Below are positions 11,701 through 26,000 of a stretch of 64,000 bases of DNA, in pieces. Position 1 is the stretch's first letter. The number at the start of each line of letters is the position of its first letter. Source of the stretch: Trichoplax sp. H2 (taxonomy: Eukaryota); assembly GCA_003344405.1 (NCBI GenBank), contig NOWV01000156.1, positions 62,001 to 126,000 on the forward strand, read 5' to 3'. The notes below the pieces were generated by a model. That model worked only from the letters and a program-made list of their open reading frames with translations. It searched no databases and had not been told where the DNA came from. Made by a program: the position numbers and the translations under genes.

Positions 11701-14700
11701 ACGTTTTGACTTACCTGCTCTTACTGTTTTCAGATCAATCGAACGTAACAGAAAATCAAAGTGTTGATAACTTTGGTATTCCTTGGGATAATGCCGCTGA
11801 ATTATCAAAGTATGATTATTTTATTGAATTGGTTCGCGGATAACTGACAGAGTATTTATCTGCAAGACAATACTTATAAAAATTAATGTTGCGTGTCCAG
11901 TATATTAGCGAAAGTTTATATCCTTAAAACATTCAAAATAACGTGCCTAATTAATATCTTAAACTAGTGTAACTACAAGCTCCAACAGCCTGAAATTTAT
12001 TTCTAATCTCCTTGCAGGAAACTTGAAATTTTGGAAGGCAATGACAATAATAATCTCTATGACACCAATGCTAACACAAATACGATAATGAATAGCCAAG
12101 ATCATAAAGAATTAACCACTGGTGGACAGAAGAACGATATCAACCTGAAAACTCGGCAAGATGAAAATTTAGTAAAATCTAACGATGTAGCAGCATTTAC
12201 AGAAGGTACTGAAGTTTCCTATTCCGGAGTTATGGAGAATACGAATAATATAGTCCATGATGTAGACAAAGAGATAACAGACGTTACTGGACAGGAAATA
12301 ATAGATATAGGTAGGAAAAATTCTGTTTGTTAGAAGTTATTAGTATTTGATAATAAAATACTTCGTTGTTAGAATATTATATTGATACAATCAATATTCA
12401 TTTTCACTAGCTGATATAGATAAGAAACTGGAAAGTAACTTGACTGTTGAAGATGGTGAAGAAGAACGTCCTCAATTTTCTGATACAGAAAATAAATCAT
12501 TGTTTGCAAGCAAACCCGATTGGGAACCAAGTCGATTAATTGATGAAAATTCTAGCACAGTAAGTTCTAGTGACACTAGCCAGCAAGCTAGTAATCTAAA
12601 CCACGTCACAACACCAAGTGACAGCTCAAGTTCAAGATATATCGATAGTCCTGCCACTTTAGCTAAGACTGCAGTGTCACCTATTAATATTAGACCAAGT
12701 ACATCAAGCGTGTCATCAACATCATCAGTCTTTTCCGGACCAAATAAGCCTCAAAGTATTGATGACAAAGGTGCGAAAAGTGACAGCGTTGAAAAATCTA
12801 ATTTTACTCCTTTCGGGACAGCAAATACGGAGAAGATAACAACTAGCGAAGAGACTAATCCTCCTGCTAGCACCAAGGATGACTTTATGATATCTTACAA
12901 TGCAAGTACTGAACCACATGCTTCTTCTAGATGGGAACAATTTACTAATATGCTAGCGAATAAGATGGAAAGTGAATCTTTAGTTTCTGGCAGAATTACT
13001 AATGAAAGAAAATCAGATGTACAGACTTTTAATAAAAATTGGGTGACCTTTGATGATGATGATACATCGGGAGCTTCAGTAATTGCATCCCGAACGGGTT
13101 TGAATCGCAGAAATACTACAGTAGGTGTTTCAACGCCTTCAACAATATTTAAAAATCCTTTTTCTCCCGCTGAAAAGCCGACTGCTATTACATCAACCAA
13201 TCCTTTTTCAGCAAATAAAGTCAGATCTAATACTTTGGATCCACAGCGTGAAAGTAATTTTCGAAGACATAGTGCGAATCCTTTTTCATTTTCCGATAGT
13301 ACAGTCATTGAAGAGCCTAGTAATGTCTCACTCGCTGTCGTAACGAGTAGTGCGAGTCAAGATAATGCTACCTTTTTTGCGGACTTTACTACTGTTACAG
13401 CCCATATCAATTCTAATACAGCGACTGCCATGGCTATTACTGTAAATGAAAGCAATTCTACAGATACTACTAGTAAAAACAAGGCTGCTACGCCTGTCGA
13501 TAAGAATCTGGTAGATAATCCATTGGCAAAACCCGAAAACGCCTATAATAGCAATGTTGCTCTCGCTTCACGTCCAGTCAATGATGACATCACGACGGAT
13601 ACTGAGGACGAGATAGGAGACAACGAATGCGAAGTTGTTCCATTTTACGAATCGTCCTTGAAACGTTTCTACATGTTATTGCGTGTCCCTGAAAAGAAAA
13701 GAAAAGTAAGAAGCAGAAGATGGAAAAAGGTTATTGTTGGCTTAGAAGGGCCGAAAGTTAAACTATATGACATTGGGGTTGCATCTCCATATACAGAAGT
13801 ATCGTTGCAAGGTTGCTGTTGCCTTACCAAACCAAAATTTGGTAGACATGAACGTGGCTTAGTCCATGTTGTTAAGCTTAGGCTGATTAGCTACAAGGAA
13901 ATACGTCGGATATCTGGCAAGTTTGAAAAAGTTTTACGTAAGACTACAATATTCAAGTTTGGCGCTACTTCTTACGCAACACTAATAGAATTTATGCAGA
14001 CTGTCCAAAGTACTTTATTTCAAATGCCAGAGTACCGTTCGGTAGGTATCACTTATCAAAAGGAGAAAATGACTATAGATGTGTTAGATGAGTGTAGAAT
14101 TTGGCTATCAACTGATGGCAACCCATTTTATAGTAGTACAACGGTACGTATTACTGCTTTGGCTTTTGTCTCTGGTATGACGCCTTGTACTATAGAATTA
14201 AATGATAAAAAAGCTATGAAAAAATTAAGTCACGATGAAAGCGGAACCGGAAAATCTATTGCTGCCATGTCAAAAGATGAATTAGCTAATTTAACATCAA
14301 TTCGTAGCAACAAAAGTTGGATCCGTTTAAAAAATTGTCAATTTCATTGTTGCGTCGATAGGAAAACTTATTTCAAAAATGCTATCATCGAATTCAAGCC
14401 TGTCGATGGAAGCGAATTTCAGTTGATGCGTTTTGAAATACCCCAGTCTAGACCGTTTGAAGCGAGGTATCCTCCAGTTGGTACCAAAACTGCAGACATT
14501 ACTTCCGTACTGCCAATAATTGCTACCGTTGAATTACAAAATGATGACCATCACGTACAAGTTACTGCTTCCATCAAGCTACCAGAAAATACGAATCCAT
14601 TGTCCAGCACCAGGAAGAATGTTCGATTGGTTATACCAATACCACCAGATTGGAGACCGTTATTTAGTGATCAAAAAGCTGTAGTTAAAGGAAGGCAAGT

Positions 14701-15163
14701 TCAGCCACTTAAGGTTATAACAAATAGGAATTCAACTATTTCACATAATTTAGGAAGAAATGTAAAAACTGTTGTTGCCATTAATGGGGGTAGCGTTAAG
14801 CATAGGGCAGAATTTGGTGGGTTAGTCTGGGATATTGGCACAATTTCTTTAACACAAAGTAAATCACCAACAAAATATAAGCTGGTATGCCAAACATCGT
14901 TGCTACCATCAATGGAATTACCTAACGATTATGGTGATCCACCGCGAGCCCTACTTGAATTTAGTATTCCGTATTCATACGCATCTGGAATTATCGTTAG
15001 ATCTGTTAAAATTGGACAGAAGCAGCTACTGGAGAATTGTATATCGTACACTTCCCATTATAGTTATTTTATTGATATGCAAACAAATCATTATTCAATC
15101 GACGGTGATAATGTTCCACCGTTTACGAAGCGCACCATCGATCATGGCTGTGTGCAACAATAA
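8761..15163 (+). CDS. STON: Stonin (stoned-B/STON1/STON2 family) endocytic adaptor. Proposed exons 8761-8827, 11734-11809, 12018-12310, 12411-15163.
   Basis: The exons join in phase with GT-AG sites (MADDQANANVHPIQEGIPGDKD|DQSNVTENQ...). The Ser/Thr-rich N-terminus has WEQF and WVTFDDD motifs and three NPF motifs. A stonin-homology region (MLLRVPEKKRKVRSRRWKKV) is followed by a mu-homology domain (LAFVSGMTPCTIELND, WIRLKNCQFHCCVD, IEFKPVDGSEFQLMRF, YASGIIVRSV). Confidence 0.92.
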
Positions 15164-17069
15164 TGTCTCTAAAGTACAATACTATCTAAATTAATTCATG
15201 ACGACTTGTGATTTTTTTGGTATGTAAAGGAATACATGATCTGAAGGCATAGACTGACTTTCTGCATGGCTTCTGAATTTTTTTTAACTTTCAAATAAAT
15301 ATGAACCAACAATACTTTTTAATTAATTATTACCTGTATATAGTAATGTATGAATATATAACTGCCATAAATTACCGTATGACTATAACTTAGAAAGTGT
15401 AAAGTTAATTAAAGATATGACTGGACCATTATCCAATAACTATTTTGCATTAGATACGGTTACGCAGTATTTAATTAGTGCCTCGTGATAATTCTAAATA
15501 GAAAGTGAAATTTTTACCACTCTTATAAGCTATCAACTGCATTTTTAGGCCTCTCTTAAATCATTGCTTTAGTATACGTGTTTAGATTTAGTTACAGAAA
15601 ATTCTCGAGCAAAAGTGTAATCATTTCTCTGCTGTATGTCTATATGGTATAGTACTGTACCTCCTGACTATTTTTTACCTAGCAGTATTACCTCTTTAGC
15701 CTATCTTACTAATAGGATAATTGTGTTTTAATCGTGTGTAGAGGAATAATGGTTTAATTCATAGATATTATTTGTCACATTTATAATCTTATGTCTATCA
15801 TTAAGTCAAGTGCTGTATTACAGTACCTTGACAAAGTTACATAGATAATGTATTATATCATACTGAGATATTTTTAATCAAAGTTATCATTTTACATCGT
15901 TTGCAACAAATGAGTTTTTCGATACGATAAATATCTAAAGCAATATTACCTTTTTAACATATAACACATTTCAAAAACGGAACGGATGCAGTATTTATAA
16001 AATTATGAAATTTGAAATTGATGCTACCTGATTGTGCAAGTTTTCTTTTAGAGAATGTACTTATTGCTTGTTTTTGTATTAAATGAAAGTTTAGCCTCGA
16101 TTAGAGTATTAACACGATTGACATTCCGGTCTATTAAAGGCTGTGGTTTGATGTCTATTTTCTGTAAATCTATTCTTACGCACTGATTTTAAGGCGTAAT
16201 GATTTGTTGTTTGGTGGACAATTATGGCAGATTGCAATGAGTAATTTCGGTATTTTACAAGCTTTTGTTATGCTACATCATTGTATTAAGGAAAATAATA
16301 TTCGCTATTAGAAATTATGATTAGGTTGTCATTTTCTGAGATTGTTTGTCATAGCTTTACAGTGTTATGCACAATAGCAAGCCCCAATATGCGTAATCTA
16401 CAAATGCAGTCAAGCAATAACTGTTGCTACCGATGCATCCTTTAAATTTTATAAAATTATTGGACACTTATGCTGAACGAATGTCACCATACTACCTTAT
16501 TACGTGAAATTGGAATATACGCACGTCATTATTGTAGCTGTCTATTTAGCTATATCCAATATGAAGTTGTTTACGCACTGAATGTTTGTTAGCCTTATTG
16601 ATAAAAGCAGCTGTACACTCAGCTGCTTCCATACGCATACTAGTACCGTATCAGGTTAATCAAAATAATTTCTAATTTCATGCATAAATGGTATTAAACC
16701 ATTCAGTTTTGATGACGTTAGATGGATTAGAGAATTAATTTAGCTCCGTAATTATCCAATTAATATGCCAGTTTTATATCTTATCGTTAAAATGGTTACA
16801 TGTATTTGAGTTATAATTATTAATCCATTAAGCGCAAATTTATGAACTGGTAGTGCTTAGGCGTATTATAATTTTGATAAATTACCCTAATAACAAATTT
16901 AAATTACCTTCTTAAAAAGAAAGAAATCTTCTTAGTTTATCTACCGCTGTATTAATAACGTACTTAACATTACCCATATTTTTAATCGTAGTTTTTAATA
17001 ACGAAAATTGCATTTAATCTTTTCATCTTAAATGTACAGTATTTGATAACCCGGATAACATTTAATAGT

Positions 17070-20000
17070 TCATTTAATCATCGCATTAGTAACCGGCTTA
17101 ATGATACCGTATTCTTTGTCAAAACTTTGGCAGATAAACAGCGATTGATCAGAATTACCATTTAATCTCCAAATCTTAATATATGGTGACTGAATGACCT
17201 GGACTAGCTTTAGTGTTAATTTATTATAAAAATAAATTTTACATGTCAGCTTTTCGATGACCACCAAAAATTGATATGGCCATAAATTTTCAATATAATT
17301 AATATCAGCTTTAAATACAGCTGTAGCATCTCGGTAGCCCTTCATTAGAATTCGACCATTAAGAGTGAACATCTAAAATGTGAATAAGAAAGATACACTA
17401 TCAGAGAATTGAATTACTGATCATTAGTTAATTTTATGTTTAGTTAATACTTATATCTACAGAATGATCAACTAGACATTGAAGTATTCATAATGGACCG
17501 TTATGTCTTCTTCTTTGACTAGAAGATAGCATTCTTTATTTCCCTGGCAATAATTAATCTAAAGATAATCCATTTGATAAATTAAACTTCTGACGACAAT
17601 TTAATCATTACTATTCAAAAAATAGAAAATTTTAATTATCATGAATAATGGAATTAAAAGTTGTCACTACTTACAAAGCTATCGGTATCACTTTGCCCAA
17701 AAGTATCAATCATGGAATCCTTTTTCCATGCTGATGTAACGATATTTAGATCGCTGGTCATTTCATTAATAGGAAGGGATATTTTGCAGGCTATTCCATC
17801 ATTTTTGTCATATTGATACGGTTTCATTAATTGTATGTCAGTTAAAGCCTGACCGATTTTATAATGCTACATTTTTGGAAAGCAAGTACATCATGAAAAA
17901 TAAGAGGAGAAACGTTAAGGAAGTACGCTGTCATAGCATAGCTCTAATAGTAGCTCCAATTCATATAACAATTATACAAAGTGCATTCATTACCTTGATG
18001 ATACTTTGACTGTTGTTTAATGATATTTGATGAGTAACAAGATTACCATCATCAAAATGGAGAATATTCAAATCTCGATAAAATTCACTTTCGGTATCTC
18101 TGTAGACTTTTAGATCGCAGGTATGGTAATTTATTTTCATAATTATGATTTGTTGACAATCATTTAGATACTGAGTGTGTATGCATATATCCATGAATAA
18201 AGAAAAAGCAAGCTGTTACTTTGGTTAGTATTGCAAAGACGTTCTCGAATATATTTTTGACGTCTATAATGATATTTCTATTTATATGAACCTTATCAAT
18301 GAAATGAATTTTAAGCCAATTTAATGAACTTAGCAGGTATCGAATCATTTATAAACGGTCAATTTGATAGAATGTATCTCAGACTCGTTACGGTATAAAT
18401 AATGACGACTGATTACGATTAATCAAGTTTACCACAACTCCCTAATCAAATATTGAGAATAAATTAAAGCATAATTAAATGTATTTACCCTAGCTTGAAG
18501 TATAAAAATCAAACTTTTATCGAATTTTCTGAATCTCGACTTTACTATCCATATATTATGAGGCTTTTCAGGTAAAATATATTTGATTTCTTGCATCCGT
18601 TTCATTGCGTAAAAGATTCCGTAGAGCAACTGTAAGATAGAATGATATTCAAATTCACTAATAGATAATCTGCAAATTTATACTCGTATATTAACAGTCT
18701 TTCTACTAACACTTACAAATGATTGCTACCGATTAAATGGCATTATCATTTTGTTAAATTATATTCATATCTTCATTACTAGCACGATAGAATGAGCTTG
18801 TCCAATTTTTACTACTCTAATTATGTCAAATTAATTTGATTAAACGCTAAATTTATAATTTCTGAACGCTATGTAAATTAAATATTAAACTGCTCTAATG
18901 TTGTGACGTTGATCAAATTATCATCTAGATGATATCTCCAGGATACCAGGAACAATAAGTCACAAATGCAAGTAAAATAGGGATGATAGTCGTACCGCAC
19001 ATTTTCTAATTACCTTGCTGAAGATAATATGCCAGTGATCTGTTGGACAATCTTTTATGCAATCGTTACAATCACATTCGTATATTTGTACTAGGATAAC
19101 TGCCTCCATATCATCATGTAGGATACATTGCTTGTAATTTTGTTTTAATTTATATTCCGAAATTAGCTTAAAATTCTCTCCTCGATAGATCTATTAGTAT
19201 ATAAATATATATACATACACATATAAACAGAATATACAAGTTAAATTCATCCACAATTGAGCATTTTACCGAATAACAGCTACGCGTATTTTGAAAGCTC
19301 ACCCTTAATTTGGAATTTTTATACCGTTTGTTTATTACCAATTGGACTGCATGGGGAATATTATTTATAAATGCATGATTAGAATAAGCTATCAATTCCT
19401 CATTGTAATTTAGCTTTTGCTGATCTTGGATCAATGTTGCGGATGATATAGGCTGCCAGCTTAGATCTTTTGCTATTACAAAAATGAGTGAATATAATAA
19501 GATAATCGAATCGCAGTGGGATTAAGGGTAATTAAGACATTAACAATTAAATCTAATACCTTGCAAATCATAACGATATAATCTAGAAGGTGGTATTGGA
19601 TCATAAATGAATAGATGATAACTATCAGGTATAAACATTAAATCCCGATAATATTGTATACAATCAATGGATGTAAAGGCGCTAAAATTCCGAGAGGCTA
19701 ATTTAAACACCTAAAATAAGCAAGAACAGAACATCAATTGGATACGTATAATAGCCGATTTACGAATCTGATCTCTTACAAAGGCATAATACTTGTAGTA
19801 GAATAAACTAACCTTTAATTGTTCACCTTGGGTGTGCACAGCAATAAATTGATGATCATCAGATGTTACAATATCATTAATACTTTTATCACATAGGTAG
19901 ATTGGTTGAAAAGAACGAGCAAATTCTTTGACAAAATCATGTCTGCCATTAGTAATATTATGTAAGGCTATGTAACCCAAAATGTGTTGATAAGCAGCGA

Positions 20001-23000
20001 CTATTGCGATACCATTTTTATCAATCAATTTTATACAGGCCAAACCAAAACCATACTTTAATTTAAGATCACTGCTAGGTAAATATTTACCATCACGTTG
20101 CTGAATATATATAGGCATAATATATGATGACTGAAATTGCAGATTTTCCGCATCACGTATCTATAAAAAGTCCATTTTCAATGTTACTGGAAAGTTAACT
20201 AAAATTAAAAACTATAGCAAATTGTAATTCCTTACATCAACCAGGCACTCATTAACCCACATTCTTTCTTCACCTTTCGACCTTCTATTATCATAATATT
20301 TTCCGTACCATATGAGAATTTTACAACTACTTTCAATAAATTGGCATGTATTAATACTCTCCGAACTGGTTATTGTTTTACATATCTGGCAGATGCTATC
20401 TCCTGTAACCATCCAAATCTGAAAAAAATGACAGATTTCGATAATCAGGCTATTCATACCTACTGATAAAACCTATGTTTATTTAGATTAAATGATTTAA
20501 GTGCACGTATGACGTACTATCATTTACGATATCAGATGGTTGTATCTTAGACCTAATTATACTAAAATGATCTCATTGTGAATTTTCTTAAAGATATAGT
20601 TGTTATATGCATAAAATATAGAAATGTCAGCTATTGCGTAAGCTTTGCTATAAAGAATGACACAATCATTAAGTTTTAAATATTAAAATATTTAGTGACA
20701 TTTACCAGCACAGTAAGCACCCTTTTACGGGTACACGAAGTAAATAATACTCACTAGAAAAATAAAACAATACGTATGGAATATGAAACTATTAAAATAT
20801 TTACTTTCGGACACTTCAATCACTTGAAATGTTCTTGATATTATTACTGTATTTGTACATTGACACTATAACTCTATTTTAATGTGGTACTACTATTATA
20901 TTAAACAAATAATGAGCTGAGGATAGATTTTCTAAATTATTTTATTGCTTCTAAAGATATATAAGGCCATTAAACGATTCTGTATAGTTTGAATTTATTA
21001 TAGATCACTAGATGCGTAACAATACTTGAGTTATTTGCTTTATTTAACTTCGAAAGTAGCCTAAATTTCTAATTTAGGTTATCAAATGCATGACTTACAT
21101 TGACATTTTTCCGATTAGATACAGTCATCAGAATATATCGATCTTCCGCTAATACTGGGCAAAATTCTAGAAAACTGCCCTCGATGGTTGAACTTTTCGA
21201 ACCATCCTTGGAGGTAAAATTGAGCTGCTGCCCTGTATCAATACTATATACCACCCAATTCATGACAAAAGTCTACAATAAATGAGAATAAATTATTTAA
21301 CAATGTAGAAATAATACGATATGGCAAAATTTTACGTATTCAAAATCGATATTACAGGAATTTCTCGCTTAATATTAGAAGATTAACATAATTGAATAAC
21401 TGACAGATTTAAAAGCGCAGGTCTATACATTAGCGGAATAAGGTTGAAATATCACCAGAGAAATTATGAGTGTTCTAATCATTAAGAAATAATTATAAAA
21501 ATCTTTAATCATGACTTACATCCTCATCCTTTTTCATGGAATATGCAATAATTTTTCCATCAGGAGAAATACGTATTTTTGCAATAAGTTTATTAGGTAA
21601 TGGTAAGTTAAATATAGTCTTTGAGGTTTCATAATCAACGATCTGTCACGAAGAATATATGTAAGGTATAACTTATTTAAATTATTTCTAATCCTTTTGA
21701 AGTATTAAAAAAGGAACTTCATTTATAATGACGCATCAAATTATTTACTGAGTTGTAAATTATATCATAATCTATTTTCAGTATAATTTTCTAATGTGCA
21801 GTATGCACCTGATCTTGTTATCAATAATGTATTGATTATGCTCGGGCTACAGGTAGGTCAGAAAACTCGAATAAAATTTAAATTATAGAAGCCACTGGTT
21901 AGTATTTAAAACAAACTCATCTTATGATTGCATTGAGTTATTATTATTCTTATCTACACGCCACTAGCCCGGACTAGCATGATATTAAAGGACTTTATTA
22001 CCGTAATACAACATTCGTGCGTCTTATTCAGATCATTATAGATGATGTTTAATTTTCCATATTTAAGGCTTGAGCATCTTGGTACAACTTCATTTAAAGT
22101 TGTACACAGAGTCTTTGATGCCATCCATGCGCTATACTTGACTTTATTTTGCGGATACCTAAATTATTCAATCAATTATGAAGCACATTTATTTGCAACT
22201 ATTTAATAGATGATAAAGTGGAGATGTACTGTATATATATATATACATATATATATATACATTTATAAATTATAGATAGAATAGCTTAATTTTAAACTGT
22301 TGCAGAAAAATTACGTTGTTATCATCCAGTAACGACTAATTCCACGAATGGTATTTTCACATGCTAGTTGAAGTGCTCTAGATATAATCCAACTCTTGCT
22401 TTCATTAGTATTTAACAGAAATTGAATAAAATCCATTGTTTCCATATCTGCATAAGATTCATATTGGCGTAATGAAGTTAGAAGTTCTTGATATTGTAGA
22501 GAATTCTATGAGATATGATAAATCGATGCATTAGCGTAGGAATATTCTATAGATATGTAGAATATTTTCATTGCTAAATTTTTCATGAATTATACGCTTA
22601 AAAGCATATGAGCTCGTAAAAAGAAATTGATTAGATAAAATTAAAACTCTGAAAATCTGTATCATAAATTTAGAATTATATGTTAGGAATTTATGAAGGG
22701 ATTCCTCACCTCCTTTTGCTTGTCTAAATATTTGATATAATCTTCTAAATCTAGCTGTAAATTAAACAAAGTCTTGAAAATTTTAAATTTAGACGTCATC
22801 CAGTTAAAATCAGCCATTAGCGTTCGAAGTAATACATCAGCATGTGCTTGAATGGCATGATAAACTAGATTTTGATAGAAGTAACCATCATTTGGATAGG
22901 TGCCCCATTGACCTTGGCAATGATAAAAATAGTGTTGCACTAATGTTTGATTCATATTTTCCCAGTAAACTTTGTTTGATAGCTGAGGATCATGCGATTG

Positions 23001-26000
23001 TTGAAGATAATCAACCATTAAATCATGCAAGATGCAGTAACTAATAGAATGAAAAGCGAGGCAAGTTAATAATGGAATATTTAATGACTGCTATTGTAAA
23101 AAGTGCTTAAACTTCTGTCACGAAGTGACTTTTGGCATCTAATTCTTTAACAATTTATCTTATTTTCGTTAGATGATTTTACTTTGATATTTGTTGAGTT
23201 TACCGTTGTCTAAGACGTTGTGTATTCTTTGTAAATAAATGCATAGTTTTATAATATTATCTATGAATTGAAAATTAATATTTATGTCGATTTACTATAA
23301 ACTTCCTGACTTTTCAATAAAGTTTAGGTTTAGTTTTGTATAAAGAGAAATTAGTAGCGTTACAAGTAATATAATTTAATTCTTCCTCCTGAGGATGATG
23401 TCGGGAAGAAATAACCCAACAATTGGCTCATTATGTTGTATTTCTAGTTTTACTTTAATTTGTCATGTTAAAAATTTAGATTTGTACCGTGGGGAAAAAT
23501 CTGATAGTAGACTAACAGTATTAGATTTCTTGTAGTAGATTTAAATTTCGTCGTTGTTACAAATTTAGATTTTGCAACATTTATATTATTCATTGATTTA
23601 TCAAATAGTAGATTAGACGATACAAAAAGTAATACTGTCAATATTAATTTCCTTTACGTACCGTATGCAAGCAAAACAGTAAACATTTTTGATTAATAAA
23701 TTAATTAGCAGCCTGTAAATTTCTATATTAAATGTAGGAATTAGCTATGGCTGTTGCTAGGTCTCAATAGATTTTCACTTAATGCTGAAATTTTTTGATT
23801 TATAAACACGAAAAGCCTGTAAAACTAGATAGCGCTCGTAAATCAGATCAATAGATGTTCCTATATACTTGTCTACTAGAAGCCAAGTAAATTATTTATG
23901 ATTCAAGGTTTGTACTTTATCCTTGGATATAATATCATCAAATTTAATAGTTGATAAATTGATTAGGTTAAATAATTATGATATAAACTTAGGGCTTAAG
24001 ATCCTCGCATGTATTATGATAATAATCATGATGACAAGCAGCAAGCGTAGAAATTACTGTAAAGTTTCCATGGTGTAAGTACACAAAAATGGAATTTTAT
24101 CAATTAAATACTGAAGCGAATTACACTTGAATGTTTAAGATCAAATGATATTTTCCGTGCAAGCAACTTTGTTAATTCTTTTGTCTTACCCATTGGTCTC
24201 AATAAATCGTAGTAGACTTTTATTACGGAATTCTTGCAATAGAGATATTGTACTACATTCATTCTGCTTCCACAGCGACATGATCGAACCGATAGGAATT
24301 TTAACCTTCTTAAAAACTCCAAGGAGAAGAAAACACTGTTTTTTTTTACCCTCCAATTCCTTGATACTTAAGGAAAACGTTCCAAATAAATTGAAATCAT
24401 AGTTAGCTGGTAAGTCACCGATCTCTTTTTTTTCAATCACTTTGATAACACTTTCCCATTGCTTATCGGTTTGTAAATGTAAGCCACCTATTAATGCTAT
24501 GGCTAATGGAAGTCCACCGCAACTCTCGATAGCTAAAGCAATATTTCGGTTATTATACAGAGACTGGAGATCTTGAATGTTTCTATTTTTTGCTAGGACT
24601 TTTATTGCCTCTTCATAAGTAAATCGATCCTAAATTCAAATGAGACGAAGATAAACATACCTTAGTTTAGTCATGGCCCCATTTAGAAATTTCTGCATAG
24701 GTACTTAAAAATTCTTCTGCATTCTAAATCAAGAATACTATGGCTATAGCATTCATTTAAGGCTAACGATAATTTAAATGATTAGAGTATTCTAAGCTAC
24801 TTATAACTTCTTTAATTTTTTTATCACATTTCTACAATATTTTTCTACTAGTTTCAGATTAGGTATAACTAGAAGTAAAGATTCTTTATAATGGTAGGAT
24901 ATATATTTTATTTTTAGATAATCAAAGCAATTTATCGGTTCTAATTTATATTGCATTAATGCTATAGCAAATTCTCGTACAAAAAAACATTGAAAACAAC
25001 ATTTAATTTCACGAATAATAGCTACAGCTATGTATAAATTCCCCTACATACCGAAGCTGAAATACATTTGTAGTGAAGTTTATTTTCGGGATGCAAAAAA
25101 CGCGAAGTTGCAATAGATTTCGAAGCAAATCTTAAATAATTGTAATGGCTCTTTTGCCAAATATCGTCAAATATAAATAGAATGTTATTTTTGTCTTGAT
25201 TTTCTATGAGAGATAACAGTATAGGAAATGACTATGATTAAATGAAGCACCGATAGGCTAGATATTCAGTAAACAAATTCAAGAGAATATGCTAAAATTG
25301 CGTTCGATAATTATAATTGGAATCTAGAGAATGGGATTATTTAAATTAATAAAACCTTCGAAATATTGCTTAGCATAGGCATCGATTTCTTCTAAATTTT
25401 GAGGTGGTTCTTTCCAAGTAACTCCAATCTTAATGCATAAACTCTTTAGTATAGTAAACAGCTTATCCTTTCCAATATCACCTAATTTTCAAAAGCCATA
25501 ATATTGTTAAATTTGATCTATCGTCGGTAAAAGCGTAATTTTCTAATCATTGGCTGCTTTCAATGATAAGCTTTTTTGTAACAAATTAGGGTAGCAAAAC
25601 ATTTGAGTAGGCCCGAATTGCAACCTGAACTTATCGCTTATTCGTACATATTACTCTCTAATTTCGTCTCCGCCTAGGTAACTTATTTAAATTATATACA
25701 AGTTTATAGCTAAATATAAAGCTTTGTGTCGGTTAATTAAAGATCAATTTATTTTAAAAATTAGCAATTAACTAATCTTACAGTACATTTAATGCCGCCA
25801 AATGCTATCATCAACAAGCCACGAAAGCAACCAATTTACGCTTACGTATATTATTTTATTATTATAGGATATTTAATGTAGTTCAAAAGCAATTTCAGTT
25901 AGAAAACATATTAATAAAAGTAATCTTCTTTATCTCATTTATGTAATTATGAACTGATTACCTAGAGTAGAATATTCGATCCATTTAAAGATTAATGTCG

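Noticed and set aside
12472-13308. Antisense ORFs over stonin, and similar shadow ORFs over TBC1D9, RhoGAP and mTERF exons
   Set aside because: They are shadows of real coding exons, with no independent domain signal.
16605-16628. AAGCAGCTG/CAGCTGCTT hairpin
   Set aside because: A 9-bp stem around palindromic cores is within chance expectation and is not a terminator in a eukaryotic context.
22231-22260. (TA)n microsatellites (also ~53448-53468)
   Set aside because: Ordinary short repeats in AT-rich DNA.
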